A stretch of DNA of 62,803 bases. Source: Actinomycetota bacterium (GTDB taxonomy: Bacteria; Actinomycetota; UBA4738; HRBIN12). The notes below the pieces were generated by a model. The model saw only the letters and a program-made list of their open reading frames with translations, searched no databases and was not told the origin of the DNA. The DNA lies in contig DATLPI010000056.1 in NCBI GenBank assembly GCA_035535815.1, positions 1 through 62,803 of the forward strand. The letters are read 5' to 3'. The translations under genes and the position numbers were made by a program. Below, piece after piece: positions 42,083 to 51,171 of this stretch (its first letter is position 1; each line of letters starts with the position of its first letter).

Positions 42083-43114
42083 ATGACCGAGGCCGTGCCG
42101 TTCGTGATCGTCGACGACTACGAGTCGGTGGCTCGCGCCGCGCTCCCTCCCGACGTGTGGGGATACTTCGCGGGCGGAGCCGGCGATGAGTGGACGCTGG
42201 CGGAGAACCGCCGGGCCTTCGACCGATGGCTGCTGCGGCCGCGGTTCCTCCGAGGGGCGGGTGAGCCCGACACCTCGACCAGCGTGCTCGGGGCGCCGCT
42301 GTCGTTCCCGGTGATGGTGGCGCCGTGGGCGTATCAAGGTCTCGCTCACGCCGACGCCGAAGTCGCGACCCGCCGCGCCGCCGCAGCCGCCGGCACCGTC
42401 ATGATCGTCTCCTCGACGGCGATCGACCTGTTGGAGCAGATCGCGGCCGCCACCGAGACACCCGCCTGGTGGCAGTTGTACGTGTTCGCAGATCGCGGCG
42501 CGACCGGGGAGATGCTGGCCCGGGTCGCGTCGGCGGGCTATGAGGCGATCTGCTGGACGGTCGACTTCCCGGTGGCCGGGCTGCGGCACCGCGACACCCG
42601 CAGCGGGTTCGAGATGCCGATGGGCCTGCCGTGGACCGATCTGGTGTTCGACCCACACCTGGACTGGGACGACCTCGCATGGATCCGGGGACAGGTCCCC
42701 GGCCTGCCCATCGTGGTGAAGGGCATCCTCACGGCCGAAGACGCAGAGCTGGCGGTGCAGGCCGGCGCCGATGGGATCGTCGTGTCGAACCACGGCGGAC
42801 GCCAGCTCGATTCCTCGCCCTCCGGGCTCGGAGCATTGCCGGAGGTTGCCGCGCAGGTGGCGGGCCGGATCCCGGTCCTGATGGACGGGGGCGTCCGGAG
42901 GGGCACCGACGTGCTGAAGGCCATGGCGCTGGGGGCGAGCGCCGTCCTCGTCGGGCGTCCCACCGTGTGGGGCCTCGCCGCCGCGGGCCAGGAAGGCGTC
43001 GAAGGGGTGCTAGGCATCCTGCGCGCGGAGTTCGAGAACGCGATGGCGCTTACCGGCTGTCGCTCGGTGGCCGAGATCGGTCCGTCGTTGATCGCGCCGG
43101 CGCCGGGGCCCTAG
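42083..43114 (+). CDS. FMN-dependent alpha-hydroxy acid oxidase/dehydrogenase family (LldD/glycolate oxidase-like)
   Basis: 343 aa with DYESVARAALPPDVWGYFAGGAGDE, WWQLY, VKGILTAEDA and VSNHGGRQLD. Trimmed to ATG 42083. Confidence 0.85.
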   Translation: MTEAVPFVIVDDYESVARAALPPDVWGYFAGGAGDEWTLAENRRAFDRWLLRPRFLRGAGEPDTSTSVLGAPLSFPVMVAPWAYQGLAHADAEVATRRAAAAAGTVMIVSSTAIDLLEQIAAATETPAWWQLYVFADRGATGEMLARVASAGYEAICWTVDFPVAGLRHRDTRSGFEMPMGLPWTDLVFDPHLDWDDLAWIRGQVPGLPIVVKGILTAEDAELAVQAGADGIVVSNHGGRQLDSSPSGLGALPEVAAQVAGRIPVLMDGGVRRGTDVLKAMALGASAVLVGRPTVWGLAAAGQEGVEGVLGILRAEFENAMALTGCRSVAEIGPSLIAPAPGP

Positions 43115-43170
43115 TTCGCGCCACGCCGGATGTGACGCGCCGAGGACCCGTCTGCCACCCTTGCGCGACG

Positions 43171-44001
43171 ATGAGCGGCTACGACCTTCACACCCACAGT
43201 TCCTACTCCGACGGAACGAACACGCCGGCCGAGAACGTCGCACTGGCGTTGGAGCGTGGCCTGTCGGGGATCGCCGTCACCGACCACGACACCACGGAGG
43301 GGCTCGACGAGGCGTTCGCCGCGGCGGAGGGCACCGGCCTGGAGATCGTGCCGGGGATCGAGTTCTCCGCCGAGTACCAGGGTGCGAGTCTGCACGTCCT
43401 CTCGTACTGGGTCGAGCCCACGAACGTTCCGCTGCGCGAAGAACTGCAGCGCCTCACCGACACCCGGTTCCGGCGCGGCGAGATGATGGTGGAGAAGCTG
43501 CAGGAGCTTGGCTACGACATCTCGTTCGAACGCGTGCGCGAGCTGGCCGACGACGGCGTGATCGCCCGTCCGCACGTGGCCAAGGCCATGGTGGAGGCCG
43601 GCATCGTGCCCACCGAGAAGGAAGCCTTCGACCGGTTCATCAGCGACGACGGCATCGCCTACGTCCCCAAGCACGCCCTCGACCCGATCGATTCGCTCGA
43701 TCTCATCGCGGGCGCCGGCGGCATCTGCGTGCTGGCCCACCCCGGGATGTGGAAGGGCGCGGGTTCCGTGCCGGACGAGCTGATCGAGCAGATGGCCGAA
43801 GGTGGCATGGTCGGCTTGGAGGTCGATCACCCCGACCATGACGAGACGCAGCGTGCCTATTACCACGAGGTGGCGCGGCGCCTCGATCTGATCCCCACCG
43901 GCGCCAGCGACTGTCACGGGGCACGCTACGACTACCGCATGGGGTGCGACACCACCGACGCCGAACGGTTCGCCGAGCTCCAGCGTCGCGCGGGACGCTA
44001 G
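43171..44001 (+). CDS. PHP-domain metal-dependent phosphoesterase
   Basis: 276 aa with MSGYDLHTHSSYSDGT, IAVTDHDT, VLAHPG and SDCHG. Confidence 0.82.
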   Translation: MSGYDLHTHSSYSDGTNTPAENVALALERGLSGIAVTDHDTTEGLDEAFAAAEGTGLEIVPGIEFSAEYQGASLHVLSYWVEPTNVPLREELQRLTDTRFRRGEMMVEKLQELGYDISFERVRELADDGVIARPHVAKAMVEAGIVPTEKEAFDRFISDDGIAYVPKHALDPIDSLDLIAGAGGICVLAHPGMWKGAGSVPDELIEQMAEGGMVGLEVDHPDHDETQRAYYHEVARRLDLIPTGASDCHGARYDYRMGCDTTDAERFAELQRRAGR

Positions 44002-44020
44002 CGCAGCGCCCGGTGCCGTC

Positions 44021-44818
44021 ATGAGCCCCGTCGAACGCGTCACCGACCCGGCCGATCCCCGCCTCCGCGACTTCACCGAACTGCGTGATGTCCAGGTTCG
44101 GTCCCGCCGGGAACCGACCGAGGGACTGTTCATCGCCGAAGGAGAGGCCACGATCCGTCGCGCGCTCGACGCCGGGTACGTCCCTCGCGTGGTGCTCACC
44201 ACCGACCGGTGGCTGACGTCGATGGGCGATCTGCTGGGGAGCGCCGACGCGCCGATCTTGGTCGTGGATGAGGAGCTGCTCGAGGAAACCACGGGGTACC
44301 CGGTGCATCGGGGCGCGCTCGCCTCGATGACTCGGAGACCGTTGTCGTCCCTGGCCGACGTGATCGAAGGCGCCACACGGATCCTGGTCCTGGAGGATCT
44401 CGTCGACCACACGAACGTCGGCGCCGTGTTCCGTAGCGCGGCGGCGCTCGGGATGGACGCCGTCGTCCTGACCCCTCGTTGTGCCGACCCGCTGTACCGG
44501 CGCGCGATCCGCACGTCGATGGGCGCCGTGTTCACCGTCCCGTGGACCCGGGTGGACGGGCCTGAGGCCTTGCGCGAGGCCGGCTTCGAACTCGTCGCGC
44601 TCACGCCGGCGGCCGATGCCGTGGACCTCCGTTCCTATGACGGTGCGCCGAAGGTCGCACTGGCCCTCGGATCGGAAGGGGATGGTCTGTCGGCTCGGTG
44701 GCTCGATGCGGCGGACGTCTGCGTGTCCATCCCGATGGCGCACGGGGTCGATTCGCTGAACGTGGCGGCTGCGGCAGCGGTCGCCTGCTACGCGCTGGGA
44801 GCGTCGTCAGGCCGCTAG
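44021..44818 (+). CDS. SpoU/TrmH-family RNA 2'-O-methyltransferase
   Basis: 265 aa with LVLEDLVDHTNVGAVFRSAAALG, ALGSEGDGLS, IPMAHGVDSLNVAAA. Confidence 0.82.
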   Translation: MSPVERVTDPADPRLRDFTELRDVQVRSRREPTEGLFIAEGEATIRRALDAGYVPRVVLTTDRWLTSMGDLLGSADAPILVVDEELLEETTGYPVHRGALASMTRRPLSSLADVIEGATRILVLEDLVDHTNVGAVFRSAAALGMDAVVLTPRCADPLYRRAIRTSMGAVFTVPWTRVDGPEALREAGFELVALTPAADAVDLRSYDGAPKVALALGSEGDGLSARWLDAADVCVSIPMAHGVDSLNVAAAAAVACYALGASSGR

Positions 44819-44845
44819 CATGCCGGTCGTGCTACCGGACGCCGA

Positions 44846-44888
44846 GATCGAGCCAAAGATCGAACCAAAGATCGAGCCAAGGATCGAG
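44846..44888. repeat. 12-bp tandem repeat, 3.6 copies (GATCGAGCCAAA / GATCGAACCAAA / GATCGAGCCAAG / GATCGAG)
   Basis: Read directly from the sequence. Four GATC sites are phased at exactly 12 bp. The repeat is markedly less GC-rich than its surroundings and ends immediately before ATG 44889. Confidence 0.9.
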
Positions 44889-45554
44889 ATGGTGTTCTTC
44901 GACATCGGGGGCGTGATGTACGACGACACCGTGTACGCGCGGTCCTGGATGAAGGCGCTGCGCGAATCGGGCGCCGTCTTCACCGACGAGGAGTTCGAGC
45001 GCGAGTACGTCGAGGCCCGAGCCGCCCAGTCCGGATCGTTCCGGCGACGCCTCACGCGAACCTTCCTGGGTGAAGATGCCGACCTGACGCCCGTCGAGGC
45101 GCGTGCCGCGAAGTACTGGGCCTACCCTCCCACGGCGATCTACCCGGACGTGGTCCCGTGCCTTGATGCCCTCACCGACCGCTACCGGCTGGGGATCATC
45201 GCGAACCAGCCGAGCTCCGTTCGTGTCGCGATGGACCGTGACGGTCTCAGTCCCTACTTCGAGGTGTGGGGCGTGAGCGACGACCTGGGATTGCAGAAAC
45301 CCGATCCGAAGCTGTTCTCGGAGGTGCTCTACACGGCCGGCGTGGCGCCGACGCATGCGGTGATGCTGGGGGACCGCCTCGACTACGACGTGCGTCCGGC
45401 CAAGACCGCCGGGATGCGGACCGTCTGGGTGATGCGTGGCGAAGCGCCGGACGATCCCACGCCCGCGCAGCTGGCGGAGCCCGACGCGTACGTGCGGACG
45501 CTCGACGAGATCCCCGCCATGCTGGAGTCATGGGAACCCGCAAGCGCGTCCTGA
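44889..45554 (+). CDS. HAD-superfamily hydrolase
   Basis: MVFFDIGGVMYDD places motif I at the very N-terminus, followed by GIIANQP and MLGDRLDYDV. An alternative ATG at 44820 would add MPVVLPDAEIEPKIEPKIEPRIE, encoded by the 12-bp repeat. Confidence 0.75.
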   Translation: MVFFDIGGVMYDDTVYARSWMKALRESGAVFTDEEFEREYVEARAAQSGSFRRRLTRTFLGEDADLTPVEARAAKYWAYPPTAIYPDVVPCLDALTDRYRLGIIANQPSSVRVAMDRDGLSPYFEVWGVSDDLGLQKPDPKLFSEVLYTAGVAPTHAVMLGDRLDYDVRPAKTAGMRTVWVMRGEAPDDPTPAQLAEPDAYVRTLDEIPAMLESWEPASAS

Positions 45555-46837
45555 TCGTCGGCGGTGGCTTCGCCGGCATGGAGGCGGCCCTGCACTTGAA
45601 GCCGCTGGCGAAGGCGGGCTATGACGTCACCCTGGTGAGTTCGGACAACTTCATGCAGTACCAGCCGTTCCTGCCGGAAGTGGCCAGCGGCACGATCGAC
45701 CCCCGCGCCGCCGTGGTGCCGCTGCGACCCTTGTTGCGACACACATCGATCGCTGTGGGCGAGGTGGTGGCGATCGATCACGAGGCGAACTCCGCGACGG
45801 TGACGATCCCCGACGGCACCTCGGTGGCGCTGGGCTACGACATCCTGGTGGTGACGGCGGGGTCGTGGTCGCGCGTGTTGCCGGTGCCCGGGCTCGCCGA
45901 GCGGGGGATCGGGTTCAAGACCGTGCAGGAGGCGATCTACCTGCGCAACCACGTGCTGTCCCGATTGGACGTCGCCGCCGAGACCGACGACGAGAGCCGA
46001 CGCCGTGCCGCGCTCACATTCGTCTTCGTCGGGGCGGGCTACGCGGGTGTGGAGGCATTGGGCGAACTCGAGGACCTCGCCCGCGACGCGATGGAGCATT
46101 ACCCGACGCTGCGACCCGACCAGATGCGATGGATCCTGGTCGAGGCCGGCCCGCAGATCCTGCCGGAGCTCCCACGGGATCTGGCGACCTACGCCCAGGA
46201 CCAGCTAGAGGCCCGGCGGATCGAGGTGTTGCTGGGGACGCGTCTGGAATCGGCCGAAGGCGCGATCGTCTTGTCGAACGGTCAGACGTTCGACGCCGAC
46301 ACGTTGGTGTGGACCGCGGGCGTCAAGCCGGCGCCGGTGGCCCGGTTCAGCGGGCTCCCGCTCGATGAGCGAGGTCGCATCGTGGTCGACGACCATCTCC
46401 GTGTCGTGGGCGTACCGGGTGCCTGGGCCGCTGGAGACATCGCGGCCGTGCCCGATCGCACGACCGGTGGCACGAGTCCGCCCACCGCCCAGCACGCGAT
46501 GCGTGAGGGCAAGCGGCTCGGCGACAACCTTACCGCGAGCGAACTGGGCGGCGAGCTCCAGCCGTTCGTGTGGAAGAACGTCGGTGGCGTGTGTTCGCTG
46601 GGCCGGTACAAGGGTGTCGCGAACGTGTTCGGCGTGAAGGTGAAGGGATTCCTGGGGTGGTTCCTGCACCGCTCTTACCACCTGTACGCGATGCCCACGA
46701 TCGGACGGCGGGTCCGGATCGCGATGGACTGGACGATCGCGTTGTTGTTCCCCCGCGATATCACGCAGTTCAGCGGGTTCGAAGATCCCCATGGGCCGTT
46801 CCGGCGAGCCGCCGGTCCCGGCCCCGATCCGAGCTGA
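45530..46837 (+). CDS. ndh: Type II NADH:quinone oxidoreductase (NDH-2)
   Basis: Contains KRVLIVGGGFAGMEAA, FVFVGAGYAGVE and WAAGDIAAVP. Trimmed from track start 45266 to ATG 45530. Confidence 0.88.
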   Translation: MGTRKRVLIVGGGFAGMEAALHLKPLAKAGYDVTLVSSDNFMQYQPFLPEVASGTIDPRAAVVPLRPLLRHTSIAVGEVVAIDHEANSATVTIPDGTSVALGYDILVVTAGSWSRVLPVPGLAERGIGFKTVQEAIYLRNHVLSRLDVAAETDDESRRRAALTFVFVGAGYAGVEALGELEDLARDAMEHYPTLRPDQMRWILVEAGPQILPELPRDLATYAQDQLEARRIEVLLGTRLESAEGAIVLSNGQTFDADTLVWTAGVKPAPVARFSGLPLDERGRIVVDDHLRVVGVPGAWAAGDIAAVPDRTTGGTSPPTAQHAMREGKRLGDNLTASELGGELQPFVWKNVGGVCSLGRYKGVANVFGVKVKGFLGWFLHRSYHLYAMPTIGRRVRIAMDWTIALLFPRDITQFSGFEDPHGPFRRAAGPGPDPS

Positions 46838-46909
46838 CGGGGCGATGGCGCTGCGCGCGGCAAGTCCCTAGGCTTCGACGACGACGGCGACAGCTGGGGG
46901 AGGGAGCTC

Positions 46910-48631
46910 GTGAACGCGACCGCGGTGCCGGGCGTCCGCATGCTGACCGGTTACCGGCGTGAGTGGCTCACCAAGGACATCGTGGCGGGGCTGGTCCTCA
47001 CCGCGCTGCTGGTTCCCCAGGGGATGGCCTACGCCGAGCTCGCGGGCCTGCCGGCCATCACCGGCCTCTACACCTCGATCATGTGCCTGGTGGCCTACGC
47101 CATGTTCGGACCGAGCAAGATCCTGGTGCTCGGTCCCGACTCCTCCCTGGGTCCCATGATCGCGGCGACGCTGGCGCCGTTGCTCGTCGCCGACGGGGAC
47201 CCCGTGAATGCGGTGGCCATGGCCTCCGTGCTCGCGCTGATGGTGGGTGGCGTTATGGTCATCGCGGGCGCGGCGAAGCTCGGGTTCGTCGCCGACCTGC
47301 TGAGCAAGCCCACCGTCATGGGCTACATGAACGGGCTCGCGTTGACGATCCTGGTGGGCCAGCTGCCGAAGCTGTTCGGCTTCTCGGTCGACGCCGACGG
47401 GTTCATCGGCGAGCTCACCGGGTTCCTCCGAGGCCTGGCCGACGGCGAGACGGTGACGGCGGCGTTGGCGATCGGTGCGCTGGGGTTGGTGCTGATGGTG
47501 GTGTTCCAGCGCGTGCTCCCGAAGCTCCCGGGCGTGCTGGTGGTCGTCATCATCTCGATCGCATCGGCGGCGATCTTCGACCTGGCGTCCCGAGGCGTGT
47601 CGCTGGTCGGCCCTCTCCCGCAGGGGTTCCCGCCGTTCACGATCCCGACGGTCTCGCTCGGCGACCTGGGGGCCCTCGCGCTCGGCGCGCTCGGCATCGC
47701 GCTCGTGTCGCTGACGGACACGATCTCGACGGCGTCCTCGTTCGCCGCACGCACCGGTCAGGAGATCGATGGGAACCATGAGCTGATCGGGATCGGCACG
47801 GCGAACCTCGCGGCGGGCCTGTTCCAGGGGTTCCCGGTGAGCACGAGCGGCTCACGGACGGCGGTCGCCGAGCAGGCCGGGGCGAAGACCCAGGTGGCCG
47901 GACTGGTGGGAGCCGGAGCCATCACCTTGATGTTGCTGTTCGTGCCGGGCCTGTTGCGGAACCTTCCTCAGCCGACCCTGGCCGCCGTGGTGATCGCGGC
48001 CTCGGTCAGCCTCGCCGACATCCCGGGCACGATCCGGCTGTGGCGGCAGCGCCACACCGAGTTCTACCTGGCGATGGCGGCGTTCCTCGGCGTCGTCCTC
48101 CTGGGGGTCCTGCCAGGGATCGGGCTCGCCATCGCGTTGTCGATCCTCAGCGTGTTCCGGCGTTCGTGGTGGCCGTACCAGGCGGAGCTTGGCAAGGTCG
48201 AGGGGCTGCCGGGCTTCCACGACGTCTCGAGCTATCCCGGAGCCGAGCTCTTGCCGGGGTGCGTGCTCTTCCGGTTCGACGCACCGGTGTTCTTCGCCAA
48301 CTCGCGTGCCTTCCGCGATCAGATCCGGCGGCTCGCCCGCTCCGTTCCGCCGCCTCGATGGATCGTGGTGGCCGCCGAACCGATCACCGACGTCGACACG
48401 ACCGCCGCCGATATGCTCGAGGATCTCGACGAGGCCCTGAACGCGGCGGGGATCCACCTGGTGTTCGCGGAGATGAAAGATCCGGTGAGGCGCAAGGTGG
48501 AGCGGTACGAGTTGACCAGGACGATCTCGCCGGAGCACTTCTACCCGACGATCGACGCGGCCGTCGAAGCGTTCCGAGCGATGAGCGGCGCCGAGTGGCA
48601 GGCGGCGGAACGGGGCGAGCATGAGCGCTAG
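46910..48631 (+). CDS. SulP-family anion (sulfate/bicarbonate) transporter with C-terminal STAS domain
   Basis: 573 aa with DIVAGLVLTALLVPQGMAYAELAGLP, multiple TM helices and a STAS-like C-terminus (VLFRFDAPVFFAN). GTG start is preceded by GGGGGAGGGA. Confidence 0.88.
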   Translation: MNATAVPGVRMLTGYRREWLTKDIVAGLVLTALLVPQGMAYAELAGLPAITGLYTSIMCLVAYAMFGPSKILVLGPDSSLGPMIAATLAPLLVADGDPVNAVAMASVLALMVGGVMVIAGAAKLGFVADLLSKPTVMGYMNGLALTILVGQLPKLFGFSVDADGFIGELTGFLRGLADGETVTAALAIGALGLVLMVVFQRVLPKLPGVLVVVIISIASAAIFDLASRGVSLVGPLPQGFPPFTIPTVSLGDLGALALGALGIALVSLTDTISTASSFAARTGQEIDGNHELIGIGTANLAAGLFQGFPVSTSGSRTAVAEQAGAKTQVAGLVGAGAITLMLLFVPGLLRNLPQPTLAAVVIAASVSLADIPGTIRLWRQRHTEFYLAMAAFLGVVLLGVLPGIGLAIALSILSVFRRSWWPYQAELGKVEGLPGFHDVSSYPGAELLPGCVLFRFDAPVFFANSRAFRDQIRRLARSVPPPRWIVVAAEPITDVDTTAADMLEDLDEALNAAGIHLVFAEMKDPVRRKVERYELTRTISPEHFYPTIDAAVEAFRAMSGAEWQAAERGEHER

Positions 48632-49976
48632 GTCCTCCCTTGCCCCGACAGGGTGGCGACGGCTCGCGGCCATCGTGTCGATCGTGACGCTCATCGCGGC
48701 GTTGGGACTGGTCATCATCGCGACGGCTGCGAGCCTCGGGGGCGTACTGATGGTGCTCCTCGGCGTGCTCATCGTCGTCGGTGGCGGGTGGCACGCGGTC
48801 TCGCGACGGGGCCTGGTTCGCACGATCTCGGTGCTGGTGGCCCTCGTCGGCATCATGATCGCGGTCACCGGCCTGGTGGTCGGGGGATTCTCGATCGGGC
48901 GTGGCCTGACGATCGTGGTGCTGTCGGCGATCTCGGTGGGGACGGCCCGAGTGGCGCTCCATCGCACGGTCAAGGACCTGGGCGCCACCGTGTCCTCGTT
49001 GCCCTCGGCGCCGCCCGCCAGCCGGCCCGTGCTGATCATGAATCCCCGCTCGGGCGGCGGGAAGGTCGGCAAGTTCCACCTGGAGGACGAATGCCGATCA
49101 CGAGGGATCGAGCCCGTCGTCCTGTCGCCGGGTGAGGACCTCCTTGCGCTGGCCGAGGACGCCGTCGCTCGCGGCGCCGACGTGATCGGCATGGCGGGCG
49201 GCGATGGCTCCCAGGCGCTCGTCGCCTCCGTGGCGAGCACGCATGATGTTCCCCACGTGGTGATCCCCGCCGGCACGAGGAATCACTTCGCACTGGACCT
49301 CGGGCTGGACCGCGACGACGTCGTGGGGGCCCTCGACGCCTACGCCGACGGGGTCGAGCGCCGGATCGACCTGGCGTCGGTCAATGGCACCACGTTCGTC
49401 AACAACGCATCGATGGGGCTCTACGCGAAGATCGTCCAGTCGCCCGAATACCGCGACGCGAAGGTGCAAACCGTGCTCGACATGCTGCCCGACCTGCTCG
49501 GACCGAACGCCCAGCCGCTCGATCTGCGCTACGTCGGACCTGACGGGGAGCAAGAAGACAGCGCGCACATGCTGCTGGTCTCCAACGATCCGTACCAACT
49601 CGATGGGGGGAGCGGCCGGGGCACGCGGGTGCGACTGGACGCGGGCACGCTCGGGGTCGTGAGCCTGCGGGTGAAGAGTGCGGCCGAGGCTCAGCAGATC
49701 GTGGCCCTCGATGCCGTCGGCAGGATCAACCGGTTCTCCGGATGGCTCGAGTGGAGCGCGGAGCGGTTCGAAGTCGATTCCGGAGCCTCGGTGGAAGTGG
49801 GCGTGGACGGCGAGGCCATCATGATGCCTCCACCCTTGGTGTTCGAATCGAGGCCGGGTGCCCTGCGGGTTCGGATCCCGCGGCACGCGCTGGGGGTCTC
49901 GCCCGCGGCGAGGGCGACCTTCCCCTTGGCGTTCGAGGACCTCGTCCAGGTCGCCTCAGGCAGGTCGTCCGGGTGA
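48621..49976 (+). CDS. Diacylglycerol-kinase-catalytic-domain lipid kinase with N-terminal 4-TM region
   Basis: 451 aa. About 100 aa of TM helices are followed by VLIMNPRSGGGK and IGMAGGDGSQALVA (DAGK_cat/YegS-like). Confidence 0.8.
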   Translation: MSARSSLAPTGWRRLAAIVSIVTLIAALGLVIIATAASLGGVLMVLLGVLIVVGGGWHAVSRRGLVRTISVLVALVGIMIAVTGLVVGGFSIGRGLTIVVLSAISVGTARVALHRTVKDLGATVSSLPSAPPASRPVLIMNPRSGGGKVGKFHLEDECRSRGIEPVVLSPGEDLLALAEDAVARGADVIGMAGGDGSQALVASVASTHDVPHVVIPAGTRNHFALDLGLDRDDVVGALDAYADGVERRIDLASVNGTTFVNNASMGLYAKIVQSPEYRDAKVQTVLDMLPDLLGPNAQPLDLRYVGPDGEQEDSAHMLLVSNDPYQLDGGSGRGTRVRLDAGTLGVVSLRVKSAAEAQQIVALDAVGRINRFSGWLEWSAERFEVDSGASVEVGVDGEAIMMPPPLVFESRPGALRVRIPRHALGVSPAARATFPLAFEDLVQVASGRSSG

Positions 49977-50602
49977 TCCAGGACCTCCGGGCGCTCCCCG
50001 GCGCGGCGCAGTCCCTCATCCTGATCGCGGCCGGGGTGCTGGCGTTCGTCTTGGCGCTGGTGCTCATCCGGACCGGCGTCGTGTCCTGGGACGAGGGGCT
50101 CTTCACGATGCTCAACACGGGCACGGGATCGGGATCCGTCGGAGCGAAGGTGGTCTCGGCGATCACCACCCCGATCGCGCTGGTGATCCTCGTCGTGGGG
50201 GCGGGGCTCGCCGTCAACCGCGTACATGGCTCAGGCGCGATCCTCGTCTCAGCCGTGGCCGCGGCGTTCGGATGGGCGTTGGCCAACGGGGCCAAGCTCC
50301 TGATCGATCGTCCCCGTCCCTACCTCTCCCTGTCCGAGGCGATCCTGCGTCAGGACCCGGCGCGAGGCACGTCGTTCCCGTCGAGTCACACGGCCATCGT
50401 GACCGCGGTGGTGGTGGCGCTGTTTCCGTTGCTGCCTCGCCCATGGCGCGTGGTGGGCATCCTCGTGATCCTGGTAGTGGCGTGGTCCCGGATGTACTTC
50501 GGGGTCCACCACCCGCTCGACCTGCTCGGTGGGGTGGGCATGGGCATGGCCGCGGCGGGCCTCGCCTGGTTGATCGTGGGTGCGATCGCTGGCGCCTGGT
50601 GA
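49973..50602 (+). CDS. PAP2 superfamily lipid phosphatase
   Basis: GTGA overlap with the lipid kinase gene. PAP2 motifs are KLLIDRPRP, FPSSHT and SRMYFGVHHPLDL. Trimmed from track ORF 49742. Confidence 0.82.
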   Translation: MIQDLRALPGAAQSLILIAAGVLAFVLALVLIRTGVVSWDEGLFTMLNTGTGSGSVGAKVVSAITTPIALVILVVGAGLAVNRVHGSGAILVSAVAAAFGWALANGAKLLIDRPRPYLSLSEAILRQDPARGTSFPSSHTAIVTAVVVALFPLLPRPWRVVGILVILVVAWSRMYFGVHHPLDLLGGVGMGMAAAGLAWLIVGAIAGAW

Positions 50603-50608
50603 GTGACG

Positions 50609-51076
50609 CTACGCGCCCTTGCGACGCTGCTTCTGCAGGTCGCTCGCGGCCTGCAGCGCCTTGTGGCTGGTGGCGATGTCGGGCATCTCGTGGCCTCCCG
50701 CCAGCTCCTCGGCGGCCCATCTCGTGAGGTCGCGGATCGACACGATGCCGACGACCTTGCCGCGGTCCACGACCGGGAGATGGCGGATGTTGCGGGTGGC
50801 CATGTGCTCGGCCGCCTCGGCGATCTCCATCTTGGGTCCGATCGTCTCGAGGTCTCGCCGGGTCATGCCGTGGACCACCTTGACGCTGTGCGGGTCGCCA
50901 CCGGCGGCCACCAGGTTCACGATGTCGCGCTCGGTGACGATGCCGCCGAGCTTCTTGCCCTCCAGCACCACCACCGACGAGATACCGTTGGTGCGCATGA
51001 GCTTGGCGACGTCGGCGAACGTGTCCTCGGCGTTGGCCGACTTCACGTCGGTGTGCATGATGTCCGCGACCTGCAT
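50609..51076 (-). CDS. CBS-domain pair protein
   Basis: 155 aa with two CBS repeats (VADIMHTDV..ISSVVVLE..GIVTERDI; VVHGMTRR..IRHLPVVD..GIVSIRDL). Confidence 0.85.
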   Translation of the reverse strand: MQVADIMHTDVKSANAEDTFADVAKLMRTNGISSVVVLEGKKLGGIVTERDIVNLVAAGGDPHSVKVVHGMTRRDLETIGPKMEIAEAAEHMATRNIRHLPVVDRGKVVGIVSIRDLTRWAAEELAGGHEMPDIATSHKALQAASDLQKQRRKGA

Positions 51077-51171
51077 CGTGGGTGCCTCCTGATGGGATGA
51101 CGGCTCGAAGGGTGGAAGCCTACCGCGGCCCGGGCGACGCGCGCCTCACCCAGTACCGTCCGTGCGAGGCC

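Noticed and set aside
44846-44888. The 12-bp tandem repeat considered as a CRISPR array or minisatellite mobile element.
   Set aside because: The units are contiguous with no spacers, only 12 bp long and 3.6 copies, and no cas or transposase genes are nearby. It is kept as a simple tandem repeat finding instead.
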